From Phoronis australis (Eukaryota; Animalia; Phoronida), in the NCBI GenBank assembly GCA_002633005.1, contig NMRA01000187.1:615740-679739 (forward strand): DNA of 64,000 bases, written 5' to 3'. Below the pieces are notes generated by a model. It was not told where the DNA came from and did no database searches. It worked only from the letters and a program-made list of their open reading frames with translations. Within the stretch, counting starts at the first letter, position 1. Every line of letters begins with the position of its first letter. Of this stretch, positions 61,881-64,000 are shown one piece after another. Made by a program: the position numbers and the translations under genes.

Positions 61881-62758
61881 CTACAAAAGTACAGAACAGC
61901 ACAGAGACATCTCCTAACCTCTGTAAACTACAAAAGACATGCACGCACATCGGAGCTGAGCGTGCATTTAATGAGGCTAGTACTTTAAGAGTTTGGAAAG
62001 ACCAAGTGTTGAAAGTCTCTCTTGAGATATTGCTGGATAGGTAGACGTGCGGAGTCCATGACCTCACCAACTTTCTTTTGCAGAAGATTAAGGTTACGCA
62101 GGACCTTAATGACAAGCAAGTAGATTTAGCTAAAAATCAAAAGAAGTTATTGATTTTTCTGTCAGTGAAAAATGATGCTTTCTGAAATCAATGTAGAGAG
62201 CCTGTAGAATTTGATTTATGACTTAATAATAACCTGCCATTAATTGGGTCATGATGTATTATGAGGAAAAAAGAAAGTACCAAAACAACGGTTACCGTAA
62301 CAAAAACATTTGTTTTATACAAAGTGAAATGTCAAAAACGGTGTAGCTGAAGTTTTAAAAAGTTCATTTAATTTTTATTTAATGCACATTTAATTTTTTT
62401 CATGAAAATCACAGAAGTCCTATTTTGATAGACTCTCTCTCATGCAAAAGTAGAAGATAATAAAATTCATAACAGCGGTATGGAGAACCAAGCATGAAGA
62501 GTACATAGTATCCGAAAGAACCATGTTGTTCAAGTTAGCTAAATTTGGACAATTTTGTAGGGTTTTACCACTCCCTTCTCACAATAAGCACACAGATTAG
62601 CTGCACTGGTTATTTACACAAGAGTGCACTAAAGGCTGTCCTTGTTTACTAGACACTTGTTTACTCGGACAATTTATAGGTTTAAAACAAATGCACTGTA
62701 ATACATGAAAACAATGCCGTTTAACATTGACACTTTGTACTCGAATGTACGATCTAAC

Positions 62759-62889
62759 CTTTTCGACAGCTTATGCTTGTACGCAGGCAGTGGTTTGGGG
62801 AACAGCTTCCTCCTCAGGGGTCCCAAATGACGAGCGCTAGCAATACCATGGATGGCGCTGACGTATGTGCCCGTGTTGACTGCCATGCC
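62759..62889 (-). CDS. SCCPDH: SCCPDH exon; upstream exons lie beyond the window
   Basis: CAG|GMAVNTGTYVSAIHGIASARHLGPLRRKLFPKPLPAYKHKLSK(R)|GTTAG, matching the G..I..GT..SAI.G motif. Confidence 0.9.
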
Positions 62890-63026
62890 CTGTATGAGAC
62901 ACAGTGATACTCAAAAAGAAGGCACATTTGGTTCAATCACTTCAAAATAACACTCCTAAATATATTGTGGCTCAAACCAACTCCCATTATTGTGACCAAA
63001 ATAAAAATTCACTGTTCTGAACTGAA

Positions 63027-63154
63027 TTGTCAAAGTGGGATTTACAATAGACAAAAATGATACTACAAGCAGGCAAAAGTTGAACTGGATTGTCCTAGTG
63101 GGATTTACAATAGACAAAAATGACACTACAAGCAGGCAAACGTTGAACGGATGT
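63027..63154. repeat. 63-bp tandem duplication (2 copies)
   Basis: AGTGGGATTTACAATAGACAAAAATGA.ACTACAAGCAGGCAAA at 63034 and 63097. Confidence 0.9.
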
Positions 63155-64000
63155 AAAAAAAATTAAAAAGACAACAAACTGGCAAATTAAAACGTCTCGG
63201 TATGAGGAATAACAAGTGATTCGGCCAAGCCAAGAGTCCGGCATGGTCATTAAAGTCGCGTGACCCTTGAATATAAGAGAAAAGTGAACAGTAAGGAGGA
63301 ACACAAACTGACAGAAGAAGAAATTTAAAGTAAAGAAGAGTGCAAAATTATCTAAATTTAATGTTATATGAAGAATGTGACATTTCTGTTGAATGTATAA
63401 TGTATTCTATTCATCGTCAAAATCAATTTTTATGAACCTTCAAATTTGCAAGGGTTGGGTTGATATCTTGAACCAATCCCTTGAAGAGTTTCGTCAGGAT
63501 TGCACTTAAAAAGTAGACTTCCAAAAGATTTGCATAAGAATAGCCACATTTTCATCAGTTGTAGAAATCTAATATTTCCGTCACTGCACAAAGATCGTGG
63601 CTGCCTTTCTCTTAACTATGCACATCATTAGTCATTACTTGGAACACTGCCACTTTTACAACAAAATTTTTTGTACGAAATCATAAAGCCATTACATTGA
63701 TGGTAGATAATTGTGATGTTCCAGATGAGTGAGAACCCAATAAAACAGCAAATTCCTTGACAGTGTTCTCACATTCACCTGGCACTTTAAATAAACAACT
63801 CAACGAGTCACAAATAAGGCAGTTGGTTCTTGTACTTTGGCAAATTTCATCTATGGTGATATTGCCAGTTGCCAATCTTCACTACGTACCATTCTGGCAG
63901 AGAGCAAAAATCAAGAAATTTCCAGTACCATGATCTAATCTAGAGTCACGCTTGATTAAACTTGTCAAGCAAGCTTTTTGTTTCGGAACACCAAACTGTG

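Overview
This is eukaryotic, AT-rich, intron-containing genomic DNA from a draft assembly, most likely an invertebrate animal (inferred from gene content and repeat types). N gaps lie at 23012-23058, 44555, 48604 and 53850. Most entries in the ORF track are spurious. Four host genes can be reconstructed by eye: (1) the 3' part of a spliced cyclin (+, <1-4288; cyclin-B-related, with features resembling atypical cyclin P/CNTD2); (2) a Tctex-1-domain dynein light chain (-, 8768-9313); (3) a galanin/allatostatin-A-type GPCR with an intronless CDS and DRY changed to IRF (-, 25164-26237); (4) the last seven exons of SCCPDH (-, 55689-62889). The rest is intronic or intergenic and dense with transposon material. 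The best leads are a 1157-bp TTAA-targeting Kolobok-like element whose ~310-bp terminal inverted repeats both contain the start of a THAP gene, seen as both a filled and an empty site because 45115-48603 is repeated at 48605-50144 (probably two haplotypes joined at one N); a minimal Penelope-type hammerhead ribozyme; several sequence-distinct CA...TG MITE families that share 5-bp TSDs; and a tRNA-like sequence inside an inverted-repeat element. I cannot support a wholly new multi-gene system. All alignments and translations were done by eye, and family assignments come from remembered motifs, not database searches.
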